Shown: positions 51,960 through 62,181 of the stretch, piece by piece
Position numbering within the stretch: the first letter of the stretch is position 1
How the letters are laid out: every line of letters begins with the position of its first letter
NCBI GenBank assembly: GCA_051882055.1
Contig: JBJERB010000025.1
Location: forward strand, 15,740 to 77,920
DNA length: 62,181 nucleotides
Origin: Oscillospiraceae bacterium
Lineage (GTDB): Bacteria; Bacillota; Clostridia; Oscillospirales; Ruminococcaceae
Reading direction: 5' to 3'
Notes under the pieces: model-generated
Database searches by the model: none
The model's input: the letters and a program-made list of their open reading frames with translations, nothing else
Told to the model about the DNA's origin: nothing
Position numbers and translations under genes: made by a program

Positions 51960-54900
51960 CTACTTATTATTTACAATCTGATAGAATGCTTCGATCTGAG
52001 CCTGTTCTGTATTCAGACCCTTTTCTTCCATAGAAGCGATAGCAGCCATCATTTTCTTATAATCATGTGGTATTATCTTCTTAAACTTAGGCAGATATTC
52101 ATCAAAGTTATCTAAAATCTTCTTACCTTTTACAGATCCTGTAGCTTTAACATGTTCTTCAATAAGACCTTTCAGCTCGATAATATCATACTTTTCACTT
52201 ACTTCTGAGAACAATACCATTTCCTTATTAAGCTTTGTATAAAGATCCCTGTTTTCATCCAAAACATAAGCTACTCCGCCTGACATTCCGGCTGCAAAGT
52301 TTTTACCTGTTTTACCTATGATAACAACTCTACCACCTGTCATATATTCACAGCCATGGTCGCCTACGCCCTCAACTACTGCAACAGCACCTGAATTTCT
52401 GACGCAGAATCTCTCACCTGCAACACCGTTAATAAATGCTTTACCGCTGGTTGCACCGTAAAGAGCAACGTTACCGATAATAATATTATCTTCCGCATTG
52501 AAAGTTGATTCCTTAGGAGGATAAACAACCAATTTACCACCGGATAATCCCTTTCCGAAGTAATCGTTGCTATCACCTACAAGTTCAAGAGTAAGTCCGT
52601 TGGGGATGAATGAACCGAAGCTCTGACCGCCTGAACCGTTACAGATAATCTTAAATGTATCGTCCTCAAGAGTGTTATAATATTTCTTTGTGATTTCCGA
52701 ACCAAGAATTGTACCGAATGTACGGTCGGTATTCTTAACATTGACGGTAACAGTTTTCTTTGTACCCTTATCAATAGCCGACTTAAATTCTTTGAGCAAA
52801 ACTTTTTCGTCAAGAGTTTTTTCCAGCTTAAAGTCGTATTTATTCTTCTTAGAATACTCAACCTTTTCCGATACATAGTCAGGTCTTATAATATTTGAAA
52901 GATCTACTTCTCCTGCTGTACCCTCAAGACCTTCCTTCGGTTTTATAAGGTCAATTCTGCCCACAAGTTCATCAACTGTTTTAACTCCAAGCTTTGCCAT
53001 ATACTCACGTAGTTCCTGAGCCACAAAAAGCATAAAGTTCTCAACATATTCAGGCTTACCCATGAATTTCTTTCTAAGCTCAGGGTTCTGTGTAGCTACT
53101 CCAAAAGGACAAGTATCAAGATTACATACTCGCATCATTGCACAGCCCAGAGTAATCAGCGGAGCAGTTGCAAAGCCAAATTCCTCTGCACCGAGTATTG
53201 CGGCAATTACCACATCACGTCCTGTCATAAGTTTTCCGTCGGTTTCAATAACCACCTTATTTCTCAGTCCGTTCATAATAAGCGTCTGATGAGCTTCTGT
53301 CAAGCCAAGCTCCCAAGGCAGACCTGCATTATAAATTGAATTACGTGGAGCCGCTCCTGTACCGCCGTCATATCCTGAAATAAGGATAACCTCCGCACCG
53401 GCTTTTGCAACGCCTGCCGCAACAGTTCCAACACCCGTTTCTGAAACGAGTTTTACAGAAATTCTTGCACCCTTATTGGCATTTTTCAAGTCATAAATAA
53501 GCTGTGCCAAATCCTCAATCGAATAGATATCATGATGAGGCGGAGGAGAAATCAGAGATACTCCGGGAGTTGAATGACGTGTCTTTGCAATCCAAGGATA
53601 AACCTTTTTACCCGGGAGATGACCGCCTTCGCCGGGCTTTGCTCCCTGTGCCATTTTAATTTGTATTTCATCGGCAGAAGTCAGATATCTTGAAGTAACG
53701 CCGAAACGACCTGAAGCTACCTGCTTTATTGCCGAGCATTTATTTGTTTCACTGCCCTTTGTCAGCAGTCTGTCAAGGCTTTCGCCACCCTCACCGGAAT
53801 TTGACTTACCGTGAAGCCTATTCATGGCGATTGCCAACGCTTCATGAGCTTCCTGCGAAATTGATCCATATGACATAGCACCTGTTTTGAAACGCTTTAC
53901 AATAGATTCAACAGGTTCAACATCATCGATGGAAATACCTTTTTCAGGGAATTTAAAGTCCATTAGTCCACGGATGTTAACAGGATCCATTTCCTCAGAA
54001 ATCAGATGAGAATACTTTTTATACAGCTCATAATCTCCGGTTCTTGCCGCCTGCTGAAGGAGATAAATTGTCTGAGGATTATACAGATGCTCCTCTTTAC
54101 CGCTTCTGAACTTATGACTTCCTCTGCTTTCAAGTGCAGGATTAGTACCAAGTCCCAAGGGGTCGAATGCCGAAGTATGAAGTCTGTCAACATTCTTTTC
54201 AATATCCGCTAATGTAATACCCTCTATTCTGCTTACGGTATTGGTAAAATACTCATCTATAACATCAGAGCTTATACCTATAGCCTCAAAGATCTGTGAA
54301 CCTTGATATGACTGAATTGTGGAGATACCCATTTTTGAAGCGATTTTGACAATACCATGCAAAACAGCAGCATTATAATCATTTACTGCGGCATAATAAT
54401 CCTTATCCAGCAAATCATCACCGATAAGCTCATGAATAGTTTCCTGTGCAAGATATGGATTAATTGCACTTGCACCGTAACCAAGCAAAGTAGCAAAATG
54501 ATGTACTTCTCTCGGCTCGCCGCTTTCAAGTATGATAGCAAGAGATGTTCTCTTCTTTGTTACGACCAAATGCTGATGAAGTGCAGAAACAGCCAAAAGC
54601 GATGGTATAGCAAGGTGGTTTTCATCAACGCCTCTATCTGAAAGAATAAGGATATTTGCACCCTCGCTGATTGCCTTATCGGCTTCAATAAACAATCTGT
54701 TGACTGCCTTTTTCAGCTTTGTATTTTTATAATAAAGAATAGGAATAACCGCAACCTTAAATCCCGGAATATGCATATTTTTGATTTTCAGTATATCCGT
54801 TGATGTAAGTATAGGATTATGAACCTTAATAACTTTACAGTTTTCAGCTTTTTCCTCAAGAATATTTCCGTCTTCACCGATATATACCGTAGTTGATGTT

Positions 54901-56504
54901 ACGATCTCTTCACGGATAGCGTCAATAGGAGGATTAGTTACCTGAGCGAAAAGCTGTTTGAAATAATTGAACAATGGCTGAGGCTCTTTTGACAGCACTG
55001 CAAGAGGGCTGTCTGTTCCCATTGCGGCAATGGATTCAGCACCTGTTTTAGCCATCGGGAGAATTGAAGTCATTACTTCTTCATAAGTATATCCGAAAGC
55101 CTTCTGAAGCCTTTGTCTTTCCTCATAAGAATGTTCTTCAACCTTCATATTAGGTATTTTCAAATCAGCCAGATTTACAAGATTGCTGTCAAGCCATTCA
55201 CCGTAAGGCTGTTTAGAAGCATAATACTCTTTAAGCTCATCATCGTCGATAAGTCTGCCTTCAACAGTATCCACCAGCAGCATTTTACCGGGGCGAAGTC
55301 TTTCCTTAACCACAATTTTTTCAGGAGGAATAGGCAACGCACCAACCTCCGAAGACAGAATAAGATTGCCGTCGCTTGTAATATAATATCTTGAAGGACG
55401 CAGACCGTTTCTGTCAAGTACGGCACCCATCATATCACCGTCTGAGAACAAAATTGACGCAGGTCCGTCCCAAGGCTCCATCATAGTTGCATAATACTGA
55501 TAAAAATCCTTCTTACTCTGAGTCATTGTACCGTTATTATCCCAAGGCTCAGGAATTGTAATCATTACGGCAAGGGGCAGATCCATTCCGCTCATTACCA
55601 AGAATTCCAAAGTATTATCAAGCATCGCAGAGTCTGAACCCTCTGTATTTACAACAGGGATAAGCTTATCCAAATCGCCTTTCAGGTGTTCAGATTTCAT
55701 TGTTTCTTCACGGGCAAGCATTTTATCCGCATTACCACGAATTGTATTTATCTCGCCGTTATGAACAATCATTCTGTTTGGATGAGCTCTTTGCCAGCTT
55801 GGATTTGTGTTGGTTGAAAATCTTGAATGAACCATTGCGATTGCAGATTCATAATCTTCATCCTGCAAATCCAGAAAGAAGTTTCTCAAATCGCCCACTA
55901 GGAACATTCCCTTATAAACGATAGTTCTGCTTGAGAGAGATACAACATATGTATCTTCATTACTCTGTTCAAAAACACGTCTTGCGACATAGAGTTTTCT
56001 ATCAAAATCAAGACCCTTAGAAACGCCTTTCGGTCTCTTAATAAAGCACTGCATTATGCAAGGCATACATTCAACGGCTCTGTGTCCCAAAACTTCCGGA
56101 CGTGAAGGAACTTTTCTCCAGCCAAGTATCTGCAGCCCTTCCTTTTCAGCAATGATCTCAAACATTTTCATTGCCTGATTTCTTGCCAGTTCCTTTTGAG
56201 GGAAGAAAAACATACCTACGGCATAATCTCTTTCACCGTTAAGAGTAATACCCAAATCCTGCTTTGCAACCTTTTTGAAAAATTTATGTGAAATCTGCAG
56301 CAGAATACCGACACCGTCACCGGTTTTGCCTTCAGCGTCTTTACCGGCTCTATGTTCAAGAGTTTCAACAATCGTCAAAGCGTTTGCTACAGTGTCATGA
56401 CTTTTTATGCCTCTAATATTAACAACAGCTCCGATACCACAGTTATCGTGTTCAAATCTCGGAGAATAAAGACCTTTTAAGTTCGTTTTCGAGCTTTGCT
56501 CCAT
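51960..56504 (-). CDS. gltB: Glutamate synthase large subunit
   Basis: DNCGIG, HSRFSTNT, MEPWDGP, AQGAKPGEGG. Confidence 0.98.
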   Translation of the reverse strand: MEQSSKTNLKGLYSPRFEHDNCGIGAVVNIRGIKSHDTVANALTIVETLEHRAGKDAEGKTGDGVGILLQISHKFFKKVAKQDLGITLNGERDYAVGMFFFPQKELARNQAMKMFEIIAEKEGLQILGWRKVPSRPEVLGHRAVECMPCIMQCFIKRPKGVSKGLDFDRKLYVARRVFEQSNEDTYVVSLSSRTIVYKGMFLVGDLRNFFLDLQDEDYESAIAMVHSRFSTNTNPSWQRAHPNRMIVHNGEINTIRGNADKMLAREETMKSEHLKGDLDKLIPVVNTEGSDSAMLDNTLEFLVMSGMDLPLAVMITIPEPWDNNGTMTQSKKDFYQYYATMMEPWDGPASILFSDGDMMGAVLDRNGLRPSRYYITSDGNLILSSEVGALPIPPEKIVVKERLRPGKMLLVDTVEGRLIDDDELKEYYASKQPYGEWLDSNLVNLADLKIPNMKVEEHSYEERQRLQKAFGYTYEEVMTSILPMAKTGAESIAAMGTDSPLAVLSKEPQPLFNYFKQLFAQVTNPPIDAIREEIVTSTTVYIGEDGNILEEKAENCKVIKVHNPILTSTDILKIKNMHIPGFKVAVIPILYYKNTKLKKAVNRLFIEADKAISEGANILILSDRGVDENHLAIPSLLAVSALHQHLVVTKKRTSLAIILESGEPREVHHFATLLGYGASAINPYLAQETIHELIGDDLLDKDYYAAVNDYNAAVLHGIVKIASKMGISTIQSYQGSQIFEAIGISSDVIDEYFTNTVSRIEGITLADIEKNVDRLHTSAFDPLGLGTNPALESRGSHKFRSGKEEHLYNPQTIYLLQQAARTGDYELYKKYSHLISEEMDPVNIRGLMDFKFPEKGISIDDVEPVESIVKRFKTGAMSYGSISQEAHEALAIAMNRLHGKSNSGEGGESLDRLLTKGSETNKCSAIKQVASGRFGVTSRYLTSADEIQIKMAQGAKPGEGGHLPGKKVYPWIAKTRHSTPGVSLISPPPHHDIYSIEDLAQLIYDLKNANKGARISVKLVSETGVGTVAAGVAKAGAEVILISGYDGGTGAAPRNSIYNAGLPWELGLTEAHQTLIMNGLRNKVVIETDGKLMTGRDVVIAAILGAEEFGFATAPLITLGCAMMRVCNLDTCPFGVATQNPELRKKFMGKPEYVENFMLFVAQELREYMAKLGVKTVDELVGRIDLIKPKEGLEGTAGEVDLSNIIRPDYVSEKVEYSKKNKYDFKLEKTLDEKVLLKEFKSAIDKGTKKTVTVNVKNTDRTFGTILGSEITKKYYNTLEDDTFKIICNGSGGQSFGSFIPNGLTLELVGDSNDYFGKGLSGGKLVVYPPKESTFNAEDNIIIGNVALYGATSGKAFINGVAGERFCVRNSGAVAVVEGVGDHGCEYMTGGRVVIIGKTGKNFAAGMSGGVAYVLDENRDLYTKLNKEMVLFSEVSEKYDIIELKGLIEEHVKATGSVKGKKILDNFDEYLPKFKKIIPHDYKKMMAAIASMEEKGLNTEQAQIEAFYQIVNNK

Positions 56505-56751
56505 TCAAATCACCTTTCTTTGCCCTAACGACGGTTTGCCCACTGCATATTCCCATTACACATAAAACCACGTATCAGGCAGTTTATATTTTACAGATTA
56601 TTACTGTAATACGTTTAATAACAGCAGGACTGCATTTATTTCAAAAAAGAATTTAATTTATTTAAATCCTGCAATTCAAAATTCTATAAAATTGTCAGAA
56701 GCCTTTGTAAAATCAAAGAATTCCGACCAAAACAGAATATTTGACTTATTT

Positions 56752-56780
56752 ATTATATCACAGTGTTTCAAAAAATGCAA
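56752..56780 (-). promoter_or_regulatory. Sigma-A promoter for gltBD
   Basis: Minus strand TTGCAT-17 nt-TATAAT with TG extension. Confidence 0.7.
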
Positions 56781-56869
56781 GATTCAATTTAAAATCCTGC
56801 ACAAATTAATTATAAACTTTTTGTGAACGCAAAAAGAGCAGCAATATACATTGCTGCTCCAAATAGAAC

Positions 56870-59080
56870 TTAAACTTTTATGAAATGCAGAATTTTGGAT
56901 TGGAAATCGCCCCACATATCATCAGCGTGCCAAATTTTTGCGATATTTATACCGGCATTCATCAAAGCGGAACCCGAAAGCTTTATTTCAGGATTTGTTT
57001 CTTCATAATAATATGCATCAGGATCGAGGCCTTTTAATTTTACACGTCTTGAACGTTCATTAGGTTTTGCCAGCACCTGAACAAATTCAAACAAGGCTTC
57101 GCTTTTATCCTTTGCAACAAACATCCATGCGTCCCAAGTAATATCCTCAAAGGTATTGCCTATACGGTAATGGTCGCCTGTTCTTACAAGAGTATTATAT
57201 TTATTGAACTCGGCAATCTGCTGTGGAATCATATCCCTGTCTTCCTGAGGGATCTTTGTCACATCAAGCTCGTATCCGAAAGTTCCCACCATTGCCACAT
57301 GACCTCTTGTCTTAAAAGGGGTATTACGTCCAACAGTGTGATTTGGGCAATCGGAAACATGAGCACCCATTGCAGAACAGGGATAGCACATTGAAGTGCC
57401 GTGCTGTATTTTAAGTCTCTCAATAGCGTCAGTATCGTCGGAACACCAGATCTGCGGTGAATAATAAAGCATACCTGCGTCAAATCTTGCACCGCCTCCT
57501 GAACAGTTTTCCAACAGAATATCCGGATAATCGGTAGTTAATCTATCCATAACTTCATAAACACCCAGCACATATCTATGCCAAAGCTCTCTCTGACGAT
57601 TAGCAGGGAGTGCATTTGAACCAACCTCTGTAAGTTGTCTGTTCATATCCCATTTTATATACTCAATATTAGCGGAATCAAGAATTTTACGCATCATATT
57701 ATAAATATAGTCTCTGACTTCTTTTCTTGAAAAGTCAAGAACATACTGTTCTCTGCACAAAGTCAAATCTCTTCCCTGCACTTGAATCGCCCAATCCGGG
57801 TGTTCTTTATACAGCTTTGAATCAGGAGAAATCATTTCAGGCTCAAACCAGATACCGAATTTCATACCCAGCTTATTAACCTCGTCCACAAGATATTTCA
57901 AACCGCCCTTGATTTTGTCTTCATTTACAAACCAATCTCCAAGGGAGGAATTATCCGAATTACGATGTCCAAACCAGCCATCGTCCATAACAAGCATTTC
58001 AATACCCAGTTTTGACGCTTCTTTTGCTATGGATATCAGCTTGTCCGTATCGAAATCAAAATATGTTGCTTCCCAGTTATTAATAAGGATAGGACGTCTT
58101 TTATCCTTATACTTACCTCTAATAAGGTTATTTCTGAAAACATCATGGAACGTTCTGGACATCTTACCGATTCCCTGATCCGAATGAACCATTACTACTT
58201 CAGGTGCAACAAAGCTCTCGCCCGGTTCAAGCAGCCAATTAAAGTCAGTATGGTTTATCCCCATAAGAAATCTTGTTTTTCTATGCTGTGTAACCTCCGC
58301 TTTTGCGATAAAATTTCCCGAATAAACCAGATTAAATCCAAACACTTCCCCATTATCTTCATCTGCATTACATCTGCACAATGCTGCAAACGGATTATTC
58401 TGATGAGAAGATTCTCCACGCAATGAATCTACATACTGCTTGCCGTGATGCAGCTGACTTCTTACTATATGACGTTCTCTTGCCCAGGAGCCGTTCAATG
58501 TAATAAAGTCATATCTGTCACTGTCAAAATCAACACAAGCTGAAAGCACACGTGAAATATTACAAGGTCTTTTTCCTACATTTTCAACAACTGCTGAACG
58601 TGTAATAACGTCCAGTTTTTCAAAAGCGGAATAAATCAATGTCACTTCAAGACCTGCATATTTATCCTCAAGTACTATTTCCAAAGTATCTGCCGGGGAA
58701 TCTTCCGTAGCAAAAGTTGCGGGAAGACCTTCAAGTTTCGGCTTGCCGGCATAGATTTTATGGTTCTTATACCTTAAATCGCAAGCGGACATACCGTTTT
58801 CATCAAGGATTTTAAAAGCAGGGTCTCTATAATCTCCGATGCCGAAGCAAGGATATTCAAAAGGCAAAGTATCCATAAAACTTGCTTTATCACGGTTATT
58901 TGTAGCCGGAGTAAAGGGACTTTCGTCAAAACGAAGCAGATAAGTCAAATCACTGTCGGGTAATTTAGGACCGTAATAAATATGTGCAAGATATCCGTCC
59001 TCAACCACTTTCATCATATAATCGGTATCTTTAGCTCTGAGTTTAAAACTTTTCTCTTTCTCATTATAATATACAGGCAT
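56870..59080 (-). CDS. Alpha-galactosidase, GH36
   Basis: NNWEATYFDF, DDGWFG, GIWFEPEM, KWDMNR, CSGGGARFD. Confidence 0.95.
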   Translation of the reverse strand: MPVYYNEKEKSFKLRAKDTDYMMKVVEDGYLAHIYYGPKLPDSDLTYLLRFDESPFTPATNNRDKASFMDTLPFEYPCFGIGDYRDPAFKILDENGMSACDLRYKNHKIYAGKPKLEGLPATFATEDSPADTLEIVLEDKYAGLEVTLIYSAFEKLDVITRSAVVENVGKRPCNISRVLSACVDFDSDRYDFITLNGSWARERHIVRSQLHHGKQYVDSLRGESSHQNNPFAALCRCNADEDNGEVFGFNLVYSGNFIAKAEVTQHRKTRFLMGINHTDFNWLLEPGESFVAPEVVMVHSDQGIGKMSRTFHDVFRNNLIRGKYKDKRRPILINNWEATYFDFDTDKLISIAKEASKLGIEMLVMDDGWFGHRNSDNSSLGDWFVNEDKIKGGLKYLVDEVNKLGMKFGIWFEPEMISPDSKLYKEHPDWAIQVQGRDLTLCREQYVLDFSRKEVRDYIYNMMRKILDSANIEYIKWDMNRQLTEVGSNALPANRQRELWHRYVLGVYEVMDRLTTDYPDILLENCSGGGARFDAGMLYYSPQIWCSDDTDAIERLKIQHGTSMCYPCSAMGAHVSDCPNHTVGRNTPFKTRGHVAMVGTFGYELDVTKIPQEDRDMIPQQIAEFNKYNTLVRTGDHYRIGNTFEDITWDAWMFVAKDKSEALFEFVQVLAKPNERSRRVKLKGLDPDAYYYEETNPEIKLSGSALMNAGINIAKIWHADDMWGDFQSKILHFIKV

Positions 59081-59330
59081 AAACATAACTCCTTTTACTA
59101 ACATTTTTTGCGTGATAATTATACCATACTAATATAGAAAAAGCAACGATAAATAAAAAGATTTTATTTTTAACATAAAATTGCTTAGAATACAGAAAAA
59201 CAATTTATATTTTTTCTTCTAAAGTTTAAAATATATTAAATTATGTTGAAATTAAATCTTTTGTGTGTTATAATGAAATAAGTATATATTTGGCTGTGAA
59301 AAAGCCGAATTGTTAAAAGAGGTAATAGAT

Positions 59331-60842
59331 ATGAACAATTTTGACGTAATAATTGCAGGTTGTGGGGTTGCCGGACTTTACGGTGCCTTAAATCTTTCTC
59401 CTAATCTTAAGATACTTATACTTTCCAAAAGAGAATCCACACTCTGCAATTCGTCATTGGCTCAGGGAGGCATCGCCGGTGTATATAACAATCCGGCAGA
59501 TTCCACTGAATATCACAAGCACGACACTTTTGTTGCAGGAGGTTTTGAAAACGATCCTGTTTCAACCGATATTCTTGTAAACGAAGCAAAAATCGACATC
59601 GGAAAAATCATTGAATTGGGCGTTGAATTTGACAAGCTTCCCAACGGCGATTATCACCGCACTCTTGAAGGCGGTCACAGTATGCACCGAATTTTTCATC
59701 ACAAAGACGCCACAGGATTTGAAATAGAAACCACTTTACTTGAAAACGTCAAAAAATTACCTAATGTGGAAATATGGGAAAACGCCACTGTTTGCGACAC
59801 CAAGAAAACAAAAACAGGTTTTTCGTTTCTTGTTCTTAAAGACGGCGAACATACAGTTTGCAATTCACATTTTGCGATCTTTGCAACAGGCGGAATCGGA
59901 AGAGTTTATGAATACACCACCAATTCGGCTATTGCAACAGGTGACGGAATTACTATGGCATATAACATGGGAGCTGAAATTAAAAATCTCTGCTACATAC
60001 AGTTTCACCCCACAGCATTCAGCAATCATCATACCCGTGAATGTTTTCTTATCTCAGAAGCAGTCAGAGGCGAGGGTGCTTATCTTAAAAACTGCAACGG
60101 CGAAAGATTTATGCAGAATTATGACAAACGCCTTGAATTAGCACCGAGAGATGTGGTTTCTCACTGCATAATGTTTGAGTCCAAGAAAACCGGCTCTGAC
60201 AAATTTTATCTGGACATTTCCTACAAAGATCCTGAATTTATCAAGCAAAGATTTCCAATGATATACAAAAATCTGCTTGCGGTAGGCTATGACATGACAA
60301 AGGACATGATTCCGATTTATCCATGCCAACACTATCTTATGGGCGGTATTAATGTGAACACGCAAGCACAGACAAACATAGATGGGCTTTATGCATGCGG
60401 AGAATGTTCTCACACCGGAGTACACGGAAATAACCGACTTGCAAGCAACAGTTTGCTTGAAGCATTGGTATTTTCAAGACGAGCCGCAAACGATATAAAC
60501 CAAAAGGTTGCCGAACACGTCAGCAATTATATACCTTATGATTTTAATTTGCATGAAAATGCACCCCATATTCCAAAAGGAATCCGAACCGAAATCAGAA
60601 AAATCATGCAAAAAGCATATTTTGTAATTCCCGATATCAAAAATCTGTTCAGCGGATTTGAACGCATCAAAGAAATCAAAGAAATGCTTGACAACGGATA
60701 CTACAAAATCGACAGAGATTATGTGGAAGCAAAATCATTGGCTACCGTTGCATATATAGTTCTTGACGAAGCTTCAAAAATTGCTTCGGAAAATGCGGAA
60801 ATTACAACATTATCAGATGATAAGAAAGGAATTTACCAATGA
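59331..60842 (+). CDS. nadB: L-aspartate oxidase
   Basis: SSLAQGGI, LEGGHS, QFHPT, ELAPRDVV, HGNNRLASNSLLE; coupled to nadC. Confidence 0.93.
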   Translation: MNNFDVIIAGCGVAGLYGALNLSPNLKILILSKRESTLCNSSLAQGGIAGVYNNPADSTEYHKHDTFVAGGFENDPVSTDILVNEAKIDIGKIIELGVEFDKLPNGDYHRTLEGGHSMHRIFHHKDATGFEIETTLLENVKKLPNVEIWENATVCDTKKTKTGFSFLVLKDGEHTVCNSHFAIFATGGIGRVYEYTTNSAIATGDGITMAYNMGAEIKNLCYIQFHPTAFSNHHTRECFLISEAVRGEGAYLKNCNGERFMQNYDKRLELAPRDVVSHCIMFESKKTGSDKFYLDISYKDPEFIKQRFPMIYKNLLAVGYDMTKDMIPIYPCQHYLMGGINVNTQAQTNIDGLYACGECSHTGVHGNNRLASNSLLEALVFSRRAANDINQKVAEHVSNYIPYDFNLHENAPHIPKGIRTEIRKIMQKAYFVIPDIKNLFSGFERIKEIKEMLDNGYYKIDRDYVEAKSLATVAYIVLDEASKIASENAEITTLSDDKKGIYQ

Positions 60843-61690
60843 AATTAATGCAGTTTCAGATTGACGATATTATAAAAAACGCCCTGGCAGAGGATATTAA
60901 CTATGTTGATGTAACAACAGATTATTTAGTTGATGATAATTCAGTATCGACCGCAAAATACGTTTCAAAAGACGACGGGGTTTTATGCGGAATCGATGTT
61001 GCACTCAGAGTCTTTGAATTGCTTGACGAAAATATGTCATATAAAGTTTTTATCCACGACGGAGAAAAAGTAAAAAAAGGCGATATAATTGCTGAAATTA
61101 CAGGCTCTACACGGGCTTTGCTCAAAGGTGAAAGAACAGCCTTGAATTTAGTTCAGCATATGTCCGGTGTGGCAACGGCTACCAACAAATGCGTGGAACT
61201 GGTGAAAGGTACAAAGGCTTCTATTGCCGATACAAGAAAAACCTTACCGGGTCTGAGGATTTTGCAAAAATACGCCGTTACCGTAGGCGGAGGAAAGAAT
61301 CACAGATACAATCTATCCGACTGTGCAATGCTGAAAGACACTCATCTTGACGCATACGGAAGCATGACAAATGCTGTTAATGTTCTCAGAAAAAAAATGG
61401 GGCATACTATTAAAATAGAAGTTGAAGTCTCAAACCTTGAGCAGTTAAACGAAGCATTGGAGCTGGGCGTCGAGATAATAATGCTTGACAATATGTCAAA
61501 TGAAGACATGGCAAAAGCCGTAAAAATCACTGACGGCAGAGCAAAGCTTGAGGCTTCGGGAAATGTTACTGCCGAAACTATCAGAGGCATTGCAGAAACC
61601 GGAGTTGATATTATATCTTTAGGTGCATTGACCCATTCGGTTAAAGCATTTGATATTTCAATGAAAATAGTTCCAAATAAAAAAGCATAA
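60839..61690 (+). CDS. nadC: Nicotinate-nucleotide pyrophosphorylase (QPRTase)
   Basis: ERTALN, DTRKTLPGLR, IMLDN, EASG, GALTHS. Confidence 0.95.
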   Translation: MKLMQFQIDDIIKNALAEDINYVDVTTDYLVDDNSVSTAKYVSKDDGVLCGIDVALRVFELLDENMSYKVFIHDGEKVKKGDIIAEITGSTRALLKGERTALNLVQHMSGVATATNKCVELVKGTKASIADTRKTLPGLRILQKYAVTVGGGKNHRYNLSDCAMLKDTHLDAYGSMTNAVNVLRKKMGHTIKIEVEVSNLEQLNEALELGVEIIMLDNMSNEDMAKAVKITDGRAKLEASGNVTAETIRGIAETGVDIISLGALTHSVKAFDISMKIVPNKKA

Positions 61691-61738
61691 AGTTTTATAT
61701 AAAAAGCAACAAATATATCTGTGCAAGGAGGCGGATTT

Positions 61739-62181
61739 ATGGCAAGTATCATGGACGGGGAAAGACAATTTCACATTCAGACTTTGCCGGAGGAAGTGGG
61801 AAAATATGTTATTCTGCCGGGCGATCCGGGGAGAGTTCCTAAAATTGCATCTCTTCTTGATAATGCTGTTCAAGTTGCACACAACCGAGAATACAACGTA
61901 TACACAGGCACTCTCGACGGCGAAAAGGTAACGGTTTGTTCAACAGGAATAGGCGGACCGTCCGCTGCCATAGCTGTGGAAGAGCTTACAAAATGCGGAG
62001 CGGATACATTTATAAGAATCGGAACAAGCGGAGGAATTGATCTCAAAGTCAGCGGCGGAGATTTAATTATTGCGTCATCGGCTATAAGGGCAGAAGGAAC
62101 GACCGCTGAGTATTTACCTGAAGGATACCCTGCTGTTGCGGATTTTTCCGTTATAAATGCACTAAAGACTGCTGCCGAAAA
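61739..62181 (+). CDS. udp: Uridine phosphorylase, runs off the right window edge
   Basis: Manual translation after RBS AAGGAGG: [13 protein letters not shown]...ILPGDPGRV...NREY...[16 protein letters not shown]...IRIGTSG. Confidence 0.9.
   Translation, partial: MASIMDGERQFHIQTLPEEVGKYVILPGDPGRVPKIASLLDNAVQVAHNREYNVYTGTLDGEKVTVCSTGIGGPSAAIAVEELTKCGADTFIRIGTSGGIDLKVSGGDLIIASSAIRAEGTTAEYLPEGYPAVADFSVINALKTAAE

Overview
AT-rich chromosomal segment from a spore-forming Clostridia-type Firmicute; the gene content suggests a Ruminococcus/Oscillospiraceae-like organism (inference). It is mostly housekeeping: an M16 peptidase-like gene (partial), spoIIGA-sigE-sigG, asd-dapA-dapB under a lysine riboswitch, queA/tgt/mntP, T-box-pheST, a biotin-dependent carboxyltransferase triad, scpAB-ytfIJ-dacB-rluB, valS, a LexA-boxed uvrB-X-uvrA operon, gltBD, GH113 and GH36 hydrolases, nadBC and udp (partial). 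No transposase, integrase, cas gene, tRNA or rRNA was seen. The standout is the gap at ~1385-2350, which has no long ORF. It reads as a separate minus-strand transcription unit (consensus-like sigma-A promoter at 2320-2348, intrinsic terminator at ~1381-1418, ~930 nt). It carries a regular array of ribosome-binding-site-like cores (consensus GGAGTGA(A/G)TCC(A/G)ATG) spaced 51-65 nt apart. The cores head 10-16-codon micro-ORFs, 1-3-codon minigenes or start-less units, in a three-unit (~165-nt) higher-order repeat. A ~220-bp imperfect palindrome (REP/MITE-like) lies after queA. All product calls come from recognising motifs in the sequence; no database searches were run. CDS starts were moved to the RBS-supported codon where one was visible.
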